The notes beneath the pieces are model-generated. The model was not told the DNA's origin. It saw only the letters and a program-made list of their open reading frames with translations, and searched no databases. A DNA stretch of 64,000 nucleotides from an uncultured Thermoleophilia bacterium (GTDB lineage: Bacteria; Actinomycetota; Thermoleophilia; UBA2241), in contig CAVQSP010000020.1 in the NCBI GenBank assembly GCA_963715985.1, positions 128,001-192,000 of the forward strand, in the 5' to 3' direction. Of this stretch, positions 41,849 to 52,207 are shown piece after piece; the stretch's first letter is position 1; each line of letters starts with the position of its first letter. The position numbers were made by a program, and so were the translations under genes.

Positions 41849-43853
41849 CCCTGGTCCCCCTTCTGGAGAGTTCCTTGCTCAGTTCCTTGATCTCGTCGCG
41901 GAGCTTGGCCGCGTACTCGAACTTGAGCTGGTCCGCGGCCTCGAACATCTCGGCCTCGAGGCTGGTCAGCAGCTTCTCGAGGTCGGCACTGGGCATGGCC
42001 ATCTTCTTGGCCACGGCCTTGGCGGCGCGGCGGCCCTTGGTGGGCACCGCCGCCGCGTCGCTCATCATCGTGGCGATGTCGCTGACGCCCTTGACGATGC
42101 TCTGCGGCACGATGCCGTGCTCTTCGTTGTAGGCGATCTGCCGGGCGCGCCGCCTGTCGGTCTCGGCGAGGGCCGCCTGCATCGCGGCCGTGACCTTGTC
42201 GGCGTACATGATCACCGTGCCGTCCACGTTGCGGGCGGCGCGGCCGATGGTCTGGATGAGGCTCGTCTGGCCGCGCAGGAAGCCCTCCTTGTCGGCGTCC
42301 AGGATGGCGACCAGCGTGACCTCGGGCAGGTCCAGCCCTTCGCGCAGCAGGTTGATGCCCACGAGCACGTCGAACTCGCCGAGGCGCAGGTCGCGGACGA
42401 TCTGGATGCGCTCCAGGGTGTCGACCTCGCTGTGCAGGTACCGCACCTTGAAGCCATTCTCCAGCAGGTAGTCGGTGAGGTCCTCGGACATGCGCTTGGT
42501 GAGGGTGGTGACGAGGACGCGCTGATCGACGTCCACGCGGCGGCGGATCTCGTTCATGAGGTCGTCGATCTGGCCCTCGGTGGGCCGCACGTCCACCACG
42601 GGGTCCACGAGCCCCGTGGGACGGATGATCTGCTCGGCGATGTTGACGCTGTTGGCGAGCTCGAACTCGGCCGGGGTGGCGCTGACGAACACGATCTGTG
42701 GCACCTTGGCGAGGAACTCGTCGATGCGCAGCGGCCGGTTGTCCAGGGCGCTGGGCAGGCGGAAGCCGTAGTCGACCAGCATGTCCTTGCGCGACTTGTC
42801 GCCGGCCGACATGGCGCGGATCTGCGGCAGCGACATGTGCGACTCGTCGATGAAGCAGAGGAAGTCGTCGGGGAAGTAGTCGAGCAGGCAGTTGGGCGTG
42901 GCCCCGGGCTCCTTGCCGAGGAGGATGCGCGAGTAGTTCTCGATGCCGCTGCAGTAGCCCATCTCGCGCAGCATCTCCATGTCGTACATGGTGCGCTGGC
43001 GCAGGCGGTGCGCCTCGAGCACCTTGCCATGCTCCTCGAACCAGGCGCAGCGCTCCTCCATCTCGCGGCGGATCTCGACGAGCGAGCGCTCCACGGCCGG
43101 GCTGTCGGTGACGAAGTGCGTGGCCGGATAGACGGCCACGTACTCCGGCCTGTCGAGGACCTCGCCGCCCACCGGGTCGTACGAGACGAGCTGCTCGATC
43201 TCGTCGCCCCACAGCTGCACGCGGATGGCGGTGTCCTGCGCGGCCGGCCAGATCTCCACCGAGTCGCCGCGGACGCGGAACTTGCCGCGCGAGGGCTCGA
43301 AGTCGTTGCGCGCGTACTGGATGTCCACCAGGCGGCGCAGCATCTCGTCGCGGTCCACGGCGTCGCCGACGCGGAGCAGGACCATCTTCTGCAGGTAGTC
43401 CTCCGGAGAGCCCAAGCCGTAGATGCACGACACGCTGGCCACGATGACCACGTCGCGGCGCACGAACAACGACGTGGTGGCCGAGTGCCGCAGGCGGTCG
43501 ATCTCGTCGTTGATGGACGAGTCCTTCTCGATGTAGAGGTCCTGCGACGGCACGTACGCCTCGGGCTGGTAGTAGTCGTAGTAGCTGACGAAGTACTCCA
43601 CGGCGTTGTCCGGCAGGAACTCGCGGAACTCGTTGCAGAGCTGGGCGGCCAGCGTCTTGTTGTGGGCGATGACCAGCGTGGGCTTCTGGACGCGCTCGAT
43701 GACGTTGGCCATGGTGAACGTCTTGCCCGAGCCGGTGACGCCGAGGAGCGTCTGGTAGCGGTCGCCGCGCAGCACGCCTTCGGCCAGCGCGTCGACCGCC
43801 TCCGGCTGGTCGCCGGTGAGGTCGTACTCCGCCTGGATGCGGAACTCGTTCAC
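41841..43853 (-). CDS. uvrB: Excinuclease ABC subunit B
   Basis: [42 protein letters not shown] and a UVR domain. Confidence 0.98.
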   Translation of the reverse strand: MNEFRIQAEYDLTGDQPEAVDALAEGVLRGDRYQTLLGVTGSGKTFTMANVIERVQKPTLVIAHNKTLAAQLCNEFREFLPDNAVEYFVSYYDYYQPEAYVPSQDLYIEKDSSINDEIDRLRHSATTSLFVRRDVVIVASVSCIYGLGSPEDYLQKMVLLRVGDAVDRDEMLRRLVDIQYARNDFEPSRGKFRVRGDSVEIWPAAQDTAIRVQLWGDEIEQLVSYDPVGGEVLDRPEYVAVYPATHFVTDSPAVERSLVEIRREMEERCAWFEEHGKVLEAHRLRQRTMYDMEMLREMGYCSGIENYSRILLGKEPGATPNCLLDYFPDDFLCFIDESHMSLPQIRAMSAGDKSRKDMLVDYGFRLPSALDNRPLRIDEFLAKVPQIVFVSATPAEFELANSVNIAEQIIRPTGLVDPVVDVRPTEGQIDDLMNEIRRRVDVDQRVLVTTLTKRMSEDLTDYLLENGFKVRYLHSEVDTLERIQIVRDLRLGEFDVLVGINLLREGLDLPEVTLVAILDADKEGFLRGQTSLIQTIGRAARNVDGTVIMYADKVTAAMQAALAETDRRRARQIAYNEEHGIVPQSIVKGVSDIATMMSDAAAVPTKGRRAAKAVAKKMAMPSADLEKLLTSLEAEMFEAADQLKFEYAAKLRDEIKELSKELSRRGTRVG

Positions 43854-43860
43854 AGGGAGG

Positions 43861-43889
43861 ACTCTACCAACACGAACACACGTTCGCAA
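43861..43889 (-). promoter_or_regulatory. uvrB promoter (probably leaderless) containing a LexA/SOS box
   Basis: TTGCGA-N17-TAGAGT-N7-GTG. A perfect CGAAC-ACAC-GTTCG lies at 43873-43886. Confidence 0.85.
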
Positions 43890-43904
43890 CGCGCGTCCCG
43901 CACC

Positions 43905-44510
43905 TCACGAGGGCAGCACGAGCCGGTCGGCGTACGTCCGGCGGTAGACCTTGCGCGCGTCGAGGACGGCGCGAACGTACGCCCGGGTCTCCGGGTACGG
44001 GATGTCGGAGATGCGCAGATCCCTGCCCTCGGCGTGAGCCGCGTCCACCCACTCCTGCACGGCGCCGGCGCCGGCGTTGTACGCGGCGATCGCGGCGACC
44101 TCGTCGCCGTCGAACATGTCCAGCACGGTGCGCAGGTAGTAGGTGCCGTAGCGCACGTTCACCTCGGGGTCCGTCAGGTCGCCGGGCACGAACGCTACAC
44201 CGCCGGTCTCGCGAGCGATCTGGTCGGCCGTCTCAGGCAACACCTGCATGAGCCCCACGGCGCCGTGGGGCGAGCGTGCGGAGGGGTCGAAGCGGCTCTC
44301 GGCGTAGATCACGGCCGCCACGAGCGCCGGGTCGAGATCGTTGTGGCGCGCCGCTGCGCGAATGGCTTCTTCGTACCGGAGAGGATAGACGGCGCGGGCG
44401 TACCAGTCCGCACCGTGAGCACCACCGGCGCCGGCCCACAGCCACACGGCGGCACCGGCCACGCCCGCCAACACGAGCAGCGCCGCCCCGACCAGCAGCA
44501 GGCGCCTCAC
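43905..44510 (-). CDS. Membrane-anchored SLT-domain lytic transglycosylase
   Basis: AVIYAESRF, GAVGLMQV, AAYNAG and PETRAYV. Confidence 0.93.
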   Translation of the reverse strand: MRRLLLVGAALLVLAGVAGAAVWLWAGAGGAHGADWYARAVYPLRYEEAIRAAARHNDLDPALVAAVIYAESRFDPSARSPHGAVGLMQVLPETADQIARETGGVAFVPGDLTDPEVNVRYGTYYLRTVLDMFDGDEVAAIAAYNAGAGAVQEWVDAAHAEGRDLRISDIPYPETRAYVRAVLDARKVYRRTYADRLVLPS

Positions 44511-45160
44511 GTGGTCTGCTCGCCCTCGCCGCCCCCCGCGGCCTTCTCGTCGCCGGCGAGGATCTGCGCCACCGTCTGCCCGACGAAGTCGCGGAGCGCC
44601 TTGCGCGAGCCGGTGTTGTGGAACACGAAGCGGCTGCGCGCCATCTTCTCCGCCTCGGGCATCTGCTGCGAGAGGCGGCGCGCGAAGTCGCTGTCGGTGA
44701 GCTTGGCCGAGAGGCGGCGGCGGCGCATGTCCGACGGCGCCGTGACCAGCATGATGGAGTCGAACAGGGAGTCCATGCCGCTCTCGAACAGCAACGGCAC
44801 CTCAACGGCGATCAGGGCCGGACGGGGCCGCGCCTTCGCCTGGGCGGCCGCCCAACGTTCGATCTCCTGCCGCACGTGCGGGTGCAGCAAGTGCTCGAGC
44901 CACTCCAGCTCGGCGTCGTCGTGGAACACGATGCTGGCCAGAGCCGCACGGTTGACGTCGTCGCCGGCCAGCACCGCCTTGCCGTGGCGCGCCGCGACCT
45001 CGGCCACGATGTCCGGCCGCGACAGGATGCGGTGCACGATGTCGTCACTGGACGCCACGGCGGCGCCGAACTCGTGCAGGTAGGCGAGCGCCGTGGACTT
45101 GCCGGAGCCGATGCCGCCGGTGAGGCCCAGGCGCGGGATGTGATGTGCTGCTGCAGTCAT
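44507..45160 (-). CDS. coaE: Dephospho-CoA kinase
   Basis: LTGGIGSGKST, LHP and EVPLLFE. Confidence 0.95.
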   Translation of the reverse strand: MTAAAHHIPRLGLTGGIGSGKSTALAYLHEFGAAVASSDDIVHRILSRPDIVAEVAARHGKAVLAGDDVNRAALASIVFHDDAELEWLEHLLHPHVRQEIERWAAAQAKARPRPALIAVEVPLLFESGMDSLFDSIMLVTAPSDMRRRRLSAKLTDSDFARRLSQQMPEAEKMARSRFVFHNTGSRKALRDFVGQTVAQILAGDEKAAGGGEGEQTT

Positions 45161-45186
45161 GTGAGGATGGAACGCGCGCCGGTGTG

Positions 45187-45215
45187 GCCGGGGAGCCCGC
45201 TGCGGGCTCCCCGGC
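45187..45215. terminator. Hairpin downstream of rpsA
   Basis: GCCGGGGAGCCCGC-t-GCGGGCTCCCCGGC inverted repeat. Confidence 0.55.
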
Positions 45216-45234
45216 GGTCACCGGCGAAAGCGCG

Positions 45235-46770
45235 TCAGGCCTCGGGGGCCGCTTCGACGCTGTCGTCGTCGGCGCGGGCGCCGGCCGGAAAGACGTCGTC
45301 GCTGAGGCCCAGCTCGGGCTCGTGCTCGGCGACGAACTCGGCGGCCTCTTCCTCGACGACCTCGGCAGCATCGGCGACGATCTCGGCCGCCTCTGCGACC
45401 ACGACGGCGTCCTCGACGGCCTGGGCGAGCTCCTCGGGCGTCTCGGCGGCTTCGAGCTCGGCCTCGACGATGGCCGCGGCGACCTCGACCTCGGCCTCGG
45501 CCTCGGCGACGGCCACGATGTCCTCGGCGATCTCCTCCGCTTCGGCTTCGACCTCAGCCTCGGCGACGGCCTCGGCGAACTCCTCGGCCTCTTCGTCAAG
45601 CTCGGGCTCCACGGGGCGCAGCGGCCGCACGTTGTCGCCGTCCACGCGCTTGATGCTGAGGCTGAGACGGCGGCGCTCGGAGTCGACCTCGATGATCTTG
45701 ACCTGCACGATCTGGCCCACGGAGACGACCTCGTCCGGACGTTCGACGTGGCGGTTGGCCAGCTCGCTGATGTGCACGAGACCCTCGATGCCCTCGTAGA
45801 TCTCGACGAAAGCGCCGAAGGCGACGATCTTGGTGACGCGGCCCTCGACCACGTCGCCCACCTTGTGCTGGGCGACGATCTTCTGCCACGGGTCTTCCTG
45901 GGTCTGCTTGAGACCGAGGCTGATGCGCTGGCGGTCGCGGTCGATGTCCAGCACCTTGACCTTGACCTTCTGATTGACCTGCAGCACCTCGGACGGGTGG
46001 TTGATGTGCGTCCAGCTGAGCTCGCTGATGTGGATGAGGCCGTCGATGCCGTCGAGGTCGACGAAGGCGCCGAAGTCGACGATGTTGCTGATCGTGCCCT
46101 CGACGACGTCGCCCACGTTGAGCTGGTCGATGATCTGCTGGCGGACCTCCTTGCGCTCCTCCTCGAGGACGGCGCGACGGCTGAGGACCACGTTGTTGCG
46201 GTTGCGGTTCATCTCGATGACGCGGCAGTTGAGCTCCTGGCCCACGTACTCCTGGAGGTCCTGCACGCGGCGGATGTCGACGAGGGAGGCGGGCAGGAAG
46301 CCGCGCACGCCGAGGTCGAGGATGAGGCCGCCCTTGACGACCTCGATGACCGTGCCGGTGACGGGCTCGCCGCTCTCGAAGGCGCCCTCGATGCGCTTCC
46401 AGGCCTTCTCGAACTTGGCGCGCTTCTTGCTGAGGATGAGGCGCCCGTCGGCGTCTTCCTTGGTCATGACGAGGGCGTCGATCTCCTCGCCCAGGGCGAC
46501 CTCGTCCGAGGTGTTGACGTTCTTGCGGATGCTGAGCTCGTTGACCGGGATGACGCCTTCGGACTTGTAGCCGATGTCGACCAGGACCTCGTCCTTGTCG
46601 ATGCGCACCACGTTGCCGGTGACGATGTCGCCCTCTGCGAAGACCGTCATCGTGAGGTCGTAGTTGGGGATGATCTCCCCGTCGACCTCGATGAGATAGC
46701 CTTCGCTCCCCTCGACGATCCTGGGGTCGTTGGCGGCCTCGAGCTGGGTATCGGTGGGTTTGTCTGCCAT
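45235..46770 (-). CDS. rpsA: 30S ribosomal protein S1 with a long acidic tail
   Basis: Four S1 repeats (DIGYKSEG, RGFLPASL, DGLIHISELSW, EGLVHISEL). A TATACT -10 lies at 46862-46857. Confidence 0.96.
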   Translation of the reverse strand: MADKPTDTQLEAANDPRIVEGSEGYLIEVDGEIIPNYDLTMTVFAEGDIVTGNVVRIDKDEVLVDIGYKSEGVIPVNELSIRKNVNTSDEVALGEEIDALVMTKEDADGRLILSKKRAKFEKAWKRIEGAFESGEPVTGTVIEVVKGGLILDLGVRGFLPASLVDIRRVQDLQEYVGQELNCRVIEMNRNRNNVVLSRRAVLEEERKEVRQQIIDQLNVGDVVEGTISNIVDFGAFVDLDGIDGLIHISELSWTHINHPSEVLQVNQKVKVKVLDIDRDRQRISLGLKQTQEDPWQKIVAQHKVGDVVEGRVTKIVAFGAFVEIYEGIEGLVHISELANRHVERPDEVVSVGQIVQVKIIEVDSERRRLSLSIKRVDGDNVRPLRPVEPELDEEAEEFAEAVAEAEVEAEAEEIAEDIVAVAEAEAEVEVAAAIVEAELEAAETPEELAQAVEDAVVVAEAAEIVADAAEVVEEEAAEFVAEHEPELGLSDDVFPAGARADDDSVEAAPEA

Positions 46771-46900
46771 TGGTTGTCGTTGCCTCCCGGTCACGAATAC
46801 GGTCCGTCGTTGACAGAGGAAACGGCCCGCGGACCGCAGCGAGCCGTAACTGAAGAAGTATAGCAGGAAGGATGCGGCCGGGCCAAGACCGGCGCCGGCC

Positions 46901-49543
46901 TCAGCCTTTGGCCGCCAGCCAGTCCGCGCCCACGCCCACGTCCACCTCGAGCGGCGGGTCCATCTCGTAGGCGCCGCACATCGCCTCGCGCAGCAGGGCG
47001 ACGCCCTCGTCCACCTCGGCGTCCGGGCACTCGAGCACGAGCTCGTCGTGCACCTGGAGGACGAGCCGCGAGGCCAGCTTGCGCCGCGAGAGCTCGCGGC
47101 TCACCGTGACCATGGCGACCTTGATGATGTCGGCGGCCGTGCCCTGCAGCACTGTGTTGACGGCGAGGCGCTCGCCCAGCGAGCGCTCGTTGTAGCGGCT
47201 GGAGCGCAGCTCGGGCACGGCCCGGCGCCGCCCGAACAGCGTGGTCACGTAGCCGTCCTGGACGGCCTGCGCCACGATGCGCTCGCGGAACTCCTGCACG
47301 CGGGGGTACTTCTCGAAGTAGGCCGCGATGAAGGCGCGCGCCTCCTCCACCGGGATGTCGACCTGCTCCGAGAGACCGTAGGCAGAGAGCCCGTACATGA
47401 TGCCGAAGTTGGTGGCCTTGGCGTGCTCCCGCTGCCGCTTGGTGACGTCCTCCACCGGGATGCCGGCCACGGCGGCGGCGGTGACGCGGTGCACGTCCTC
47501 GCCGCGGTGGTAGGCGTCGATGAGGGCAGGCTCCCGGCTGAGCAGCGCCATGAGCCGCAACTCGATCTGCGAGTAGTCGGCCACCACGAGCTTGCAGCCG
47601 TCCTCGGCCACGAAGCAGCCGCGGATCTCCGCCCCCAGCTCGGTGCGCACCGGGATGTTCTGCAGATTGGGGTCGACGCTGGACAGACGGCCCGTGGCAG
47701 CCACCGTCTGCTTGAAGGTGCTGTGCACGCGCCCTGTGGTGGGGTCGATGCGGTCCGGCAGGGTCTCCAGGTACGTGTTGAGAAGCTTGGTGAGCTCGCG
47801 CCACTCCTCCACGAGCGGGACGATGGGATGCTTGTCGCGCAGCCCGCGCAGCACGCGGGCGTCGGTGGAGAAGCCGGTCTTGCCGCGCTTGCCGGGCTCG
47901 AGGCCGAGGCGCCCGAAGAGCACCTCGGCCAGCTGCTGCGGCGAGCCCAGGGTGAACTCGCCGCCGGCGAGGCTCACGATCTCGTCGTGCACCTCGTCCA
48001 CGCGGTCGCGGACGCGCGCCGTGATCTCGCCGAGCCGGTACGGGTCCATCTTGACGCCGGCGGCCTCCATACGCGCGAGCACGTGCACGAGCGGCAGCTC
48101 GATCTCGCGGAAGAGCCGCTCGAGGCCGAGCTCGATGAGGCGGGGGCGCTGCGCCTCCGCCACCTTCCAGGTGAGCAGGGCGCGTGTGGCTGCGGCGGCC
48201 TCTGCGCGCGGCCCCTCCACGAGCACGGCGCCGTCTTCGGCGCCGGCCAGCGAGAAGAGGCCGCGGTCCTTCTCGGCCACTTCCGGGGCGAGCAGGTAGG
48301 CGGCCACGGCGGTGTCGAAGGCAGGGCCGCACGGCGCCGCCGCGTAGCCCGGCTGCGCTTTGGCGTCGTGGACGACCGCGTGCGCGGCCAGCAGCCACAG
48401 CGCCGGCAGGCGCTCGCCGGGTACGGCGGCGGCCTGCACCGCCGCGCCGCCGCCGTGCACGGCCACGGCCCAGCCGCTGCCGCCCTCGGCCGCCTCGAAG
48501 GCGACCGCCGTCTCGGCGCGCTCCAGGGCGGCCGCCAGCGGTCCGGCGTCCGGCTCGAGCACGAGCCGCGCGCCGGGCCGTTCGGCCGCCCGCTCCGCGC
48601 TCACCGGCTCCGCCGCCACGGCCGCTGCCTCCGCCCCGGCGCCCGCGATCTCACGCAGCCGCCGCTGCAGGCTGCGGAACTCGTACTTGCCGAAGACGGC
48701 GTCGATGGCGTCGACCGGCAGCCGGTAGCCGCCGCGCGCCACGAGCTCGACGAGGTCCTCCTCCAGCGGCACGTCCAGCACCATGGTCGCGAGCCGCTTG
48801 GAGAGGCGCGCCTCGGCCTCGTGCTCCGCGAGCAGGGCCCGGCGCTTGTCGCTCTTGACCTCGTCGAGGCGCTCGTACATCGCTTCGATGCTCCCGAACT
48901 GCTGCAGGAGCTGGGCGGCGGTCTTCTCGCCCACGCCCGGCACCCCGGGGATGTTGTCGCTGGTGTCGCCCTTGAGCCCGATGTAGTCGGGGATGCGGTC
49001 CGGGGTGACGCCGAACCGTTCCACGACCGCCGCCGGCGTGTAGATCTTCACGTCGGTGACGCCGCGCCCGGTGCTCATCACCCAGATGTCGTCGTCGACC
49101 ACCTGCATGGCGTCGCGGTCGCCGGTGACGACGATGGAGCCCACTCCCTGCCGCTTGGCCTCCTCCGCCAGCGTGCCGAGGATGTCGTCGGCCTCGTAGC
49201 CGGGACGCACCAGATTGACGATGCCGAACGCGTCGACCAGCTCGGGGAACCGCTCCCACTGCTGCGAGAGCGCCTCCGGCATGTGCGGACGCTGGGCCTT
49301 GTAGTCCTCGAACTCCTCGTGCCGGAACGTCTTCTCGCGGGCGTCCCAGGCGACCACGATGGCGGCCGGCCGGTACTCCTCCACGATCTTGAGCAGCATC
49401 TGGCTGAGTCCGTAGATGGCGTTGGTGGGGAACCCGTCGCGGGTGGTGATGGTCTCGGGCAGCGCGAAGAAGGCGCGGAACGCCAGGCTGCTGCCGTCGA
49501 GGAGAAAGAGACGATCGTAGAGGGACGCGTCGGCCACGTCCAT
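46901..49543 (-). CDS. polA: DNA polymerase I
   Basis: GYEADD, GDTSDNIPGVPGVGEKTA, TGRLSS, DYSQIELR, NFGIMYG and QVHDE. Confidence 0.98.
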   Translation of the reverse strand: MDVADASLYDRLFLLDGSSLAFRAFFALPETITTRDGFPTNAIYGLSQMLLKIVEEYRPAAIVVAWDAREKTFRHEEFEDYKAQRPHMPEALSQQWERFPELVDAFGIVNLVRPGYEADDILGTLAEEAKRQGVGSIVVTGDRDAMQVVDDDIWVMSTGRGVTDVKIYTPAAVVERFGVTPDRIPDYIGLKGDTSDNIPGVPGVGEKTAAQLLQQFGSIEAMYERLDEVKSDKRRALLAEHEAEARLSKRLATMVLDVPLEEDLVELVARGGYRLPVDAIDAVFGKYEFRSLQRRLREIAGAGAEAAAVAAEPVSAERAAERPGARLVLEPDAGPLAAALERAETAVAFEAAEGGSGWAVAVHGGGAAVQAAAVPGERLPALWLLAAHAVVHDAKAQPGYAAAPCGPAFDTAVAAYLLAPEVAEKDRGLFSLAGAEDGAVLVEGPRAEAAAATRALLTWKVAEAQRPRLIELGLERLFREIELPLVHVLARMEAAGVKMDPYRLGEITARVRDRVDEVHDEIVSLAGGEFTLGSPQQLAEVLFGRLGLEPGKRGKTGFSTDARVLRGLRDKHPIVPLVEEWRELTKLLNTYLETLPDRIDPTTGRVHSTFKQTVAATGRLSSVDPNLQNIPVRTELGAEIRGCFVAEDGCKLVVADYSQIELRLMALLSREPALIDAYHRGEDVHRVTAAAVAGIPVEDVTKRQREHAKATNFGIMYGLSAYGLSEQVDIPVEEARAFIAAYFEKYPRVQEFRERIVAQAVQDGYVTTLFGRRRAVPELRSSRYNERSLGERLAVNTVLQGTAADIIKVAMVTVSRELSRRKLASRLVLQVHDELVLECPDAEVDEGVALLREAMCGAYEMDPPLEVDVGVGADWLAAKG

Positions 49544-49826
49544 CGCCTCCCTTCGCACGCCGGCGTGAAGAAGAACGTCGCCCGGGAGTCTACAGCACCG
49601 CGCCCACATTCTGTCGCAGTGCCGATGAGATGATGCGCGCCGCCGTGGCCGGGCCCGCACCGGGACCGGACCACCCGCCCGCGGAGTGCAGGCGCTGGAA
49701 AGACGCGAGGTGCTTGTCCGCGTCGCGTCACCGGCGAGCCTGCCGCAACGAGCGCTCGGTGCTCTTGAACACGCGCAGCATGGTGGTCTGCCGGCCGGTC
49801 GCGGTCACGCAGCGGCCGACGGATCG

Positions 49827-50603
49827 TCATGCCTGGCGACGGCGCTTCACCAGCAGGACATGAGTGCCGTGCGGACCGCAGGTGAACTGGACGGCGTCAC
49901 ACAGGGCGCGCATGAAGTGGATGCCACGGCCGCTGGTCTGCGAACCATCGGGCTGACAGATGGGGGTGGCGTCCAGGCCGCCGCCGCCGTCCGCCACCTC
50001 CACGGCGACGACGTCGTTGTAGCAGTAGAAGCGCACGCGGATGTCGTCGGCGGCACCGTGAGGAGAGCCGTGGACCAGGGCGTTGCCCAGAGCTTCCGCC
50101 ACGGCCACACTGAACTCGAAGAGATCGCCCTCGGCCAGTCCCGCGACCTCGGCGAAGGCCGTCACGCGTCGGCGCGCCACGGGCAAGCCTTCCGGCGTGG
50201 CGGCGAAGCCGAACTCGTGCTCCCAGTGCGGCGCGTCCGGCAGGGCGACGGAGGGCGTCCCGCCCCCCGCCTCGGCCGGCGGCGGGAGCGGCGGCCGCAC
50301 CAGTCCGGCCGCCGCCAGCACGGCCCGTGTGGACGGCTCTTCGATCGCCATGACCACTTCTCCGCCCCCGCGGCGGAAGCCGTCGGCGGCCTCCCTGAGC
50401 ACGCTGACCTCGTCCGGTCCGAAGCGCGCCGCGGGGTCGACGTCCAGGACGACCTGCGTCACTCCGGCCTCGCGACAGAGCCCCAGCCGCGCCCTGAGGT
50501 CGTCGGCCCGGCACGTGTCGTCGGACGGGCAGCGCAGCACGCACACGTCGCCGCGGAACTCAGCCGTGACCGCGGCCTCGCGGTCTCGTGGGGGTTCGGT
50601 CAT
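49827..50603 (-). CDS. Degenerate STAS domain fused to an RsbW-type anti-sigma kinase (HATPase)
   Basis: N-terminal STAS-like VVLDVD...AVLAAAGL. C-terminal AVAEALGNALVHG, VEVADGGGG, SGRGIHFMRALCD and GT. Confidence 0.8.
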   Translation of the reverse strand: MTEPPRDREAAVTAEFRGDVCVLRCPSDDTCRADDLRARLGLCREAGVTQVVLDVDPAARFGPDEVSVLREAADGFRRGGGEVVMAIEEPSTRAVLAAAGLVRPPLPPPAEAGGGTPSVALPDAPHWEHEFGFAATPEGLPVARRRVTAFAEVAGLAEGDLFEFSVAVAEALGNALVHGSPHGAADDIRVRFYCYNDVVAVEVADGGGGLDATPICQPDGSQTSGRGIHFMRALCDAVQFTCGPHGTHVLLVKRRRQA

Positions 50604-50697
50604 GCTTCTCGGACCAGCCTCTCGCCATCTCCGGCCGCACAGGGGGGCCGCCGGTCGCCGCACCGGCCGGGTGACGGCCGCGCGGCCTGGGTCGCTC

Positions 50698-50724
50698 ATA
50701 CCCTGCCCCCCCGGCTTCACAACC
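50698..50724 (-). promoter_or_regulatory. Putative SigB/SigF-type promoter
   Basis: GGTTGT at -35 and GGGTAT at -10 with SigB/SigF-like spacing, upstream of the STAS-RsbW gene. Confidence 0.45.
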
Positions 50725-50817
50725 TCTGCCGCGGGGACTCCCGTCGCAGGCTCGCCGTGGGTAGACTTCCCGCCGGAGGGGCTCACGCCCTTCGAATGAG
50801 GGACGCGAGGAGGCACC

Positions 50818-51249
50818 ATGGGTTCACGGGAGTACGCGCGCGGCCGCAGGGTGGTCGCGCGCCTCACGCACGGCGGCGACCTGCTGGCCGAGATCGGCGC
50901 CGTCGCCGAGCAGCACGGCATGGCGATGGCGGAGGTGCGCGCCATCGGCGCGCTCAGCGAGGCGCGCCTCGCCTACTACGACCAGGCGGCGCAGAGCTAC
51001 GGGGAGTTCGCGGTGGAGGGCCCGGTGGAGCTGCTGGCGCTGCTCGGCAACGTGTCGCGCCGGGACGGCGCCACGGCCGTGCACGTGCACGCCACCCTCT
51101 CCGGGCACGATGGCGCCTGCGTGGGCGGCCATGTGGCCTCCGGCTGCCGCGTGTTCGCCTGCGAACTGATGCTGCAGGAGCTGGACGGCGACCTGCTCGA
51201 GCGCGAGTACGACGAGGTCACGGGCCTGCCGCTCTGGCGCGGGCTCTGA
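50818..51249 (+). CDS. PPC/DUF296 domain protein
   Basis: RL..GGDL, AIGAL, ELLALLGNVS, HVHATLS and GGH. SD GAGGAGG. Confidence 0.92.
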   Translation: MGSREYARGRRVVARLTHGGDLLAEIGAVAEQHGMAMAEVRAIGALSEARLAYYDQAAQSYGEFAVEGPVELLALLGNVSRRDGATAVHVHATLSGHDGACVGGHVASGCRVFACELMLQELDGDLLEREYDEVTGLPLWRGL

Positions 51250-52039
51250 GCGCCGACCGCCTGCGGCGGCGGCGGCGCCACAGCACCACGACGAGGGCCG
51301 CCAGGCCGGCGAGCAGCACCGCCAGGATAAGCGCGTTCACCAGGTGGAACGCGCCCTGCCCGTATAGGCCGAGCTTGATGCGCGCCACGGCTACAATGGC
51401 GCGCACCCAGTCGGCCGGCGTGAAGCTCTCGGCCTCGGCGATGCCGAGAGCATACTCGCCGGTCGCGCCGGCGGGGTCGTACACCACGAGGTAGTAGACA
51501 CGGCTCGGCTGCAGCTCGACCGCCGTGGAGCCGCCGCGGTAGTAGCTCGTGAAGCTGAACGGCTCATAGAACGTGGCTCGCGGGGAAGCCCCAGGGTCGG
51601 GCACGACGACGACGCCGTTCGCCGCCGCCTCCGCAGTCCCGTAGGCCTCGAGCAGGCGATCGGCGACGAACGCCGGCGGCGTGCCGGCCGAGCGCAGCCC
51701 CGGCCCGACGAGGACGAAGGCCGGGCGGAAGTCCCGGTACCCGGCCGACCTGGGCACCAGCATCTCCACGGGCGTGAGCGAGGGCTGCGACACGGCGAGC
51801 CTGTAGGCGTCGAACTCCTCCCCGGCGGCGAGTGTGCCGTACACCGCGCGGGAGACGGCCGCGTCGGGCAGCGCCACGGCGCCGGGGAACGGGTCGCCTG
51901 GTTCGGCGGCCGCGTCGGAGGAGCGGGATGGTTCCAGGAAGGGGACGTGAGCCCGGGCCGGCGGGGCCGCGACGCCGCAGGCGCTCGCGGCGATCAGCGC
52001 GATCGCGAACCCGGCCAGGAAGTGCACGCACCGTCTCAT
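51218..52039 (-). CDS. Hypothetical exported protein with a C-terminal membrane anchor
   Basis: Signal peptide ending ARA|HVP, conserved-looking FYEPFSFTSY, C-terminal TM helix and Arg run. Confidence 0.7.
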   Translation of the reverse strand: MRRCVHFLAGFAIALIAASACGVAAPPARAHVPFLEPSRSSDAAAEPGDPFPGAVALPDAAVSRAVYGTLAAGEEFDAYRLAVSQPSLTPVEMLVPRSAGYRDFRPAFVLVGPGLRSAGTPPAFVADRLLEAYGTAEAAANGVVVVPDPGASPRATFYEPFSFTSYYRGGSTAVELQPSRVYYLVVYDPAGATGEYALGIAEAESFTPADWVRAIVAVARIKLGLYGQGAFHLVNALILAVLLAGLAALVVVLWRRRRRRRSALRARARAAGP

Positions 52040-52118
52040 GCCGCAGCTATACCGCGCACGCGGGGACGCCAATCAGGACGGGCCGCAGCCCACGGGAGAC
52101 CGGCAAGAAGAGAAGAGG

Positions 52119-52207
52119 TGGTGTCGGAAGGGGGACTTGAACCCCCATGAGGTTATACCCTCACTAGGCCCTCAACCTAGCGCGTCTACCAATTCCGCCA
52201 TTCCGAC
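52119..52207 (-). tRNA. tRNA-Leu(GAG)
   Basis: GTCGGAA acceptor stem, anticodon arm CTAGG-TTGAGGG-CCTAG, long variable arm, GGTTCAAGTCC and encoded CCA. Promoter TTGAAG-N17-TATACT at 52248-52220. Confidence 0.97.

Noticed and set aside
49560-49830. Possible ORFs or riboswitch between the STAS-RsbW gene and polA
   Set aside because: The ORFs are Arg/Ala-rich with no convincing SD or motif, and I recognised no aptamer. Only a polA -10 (TAGACT) is evident.
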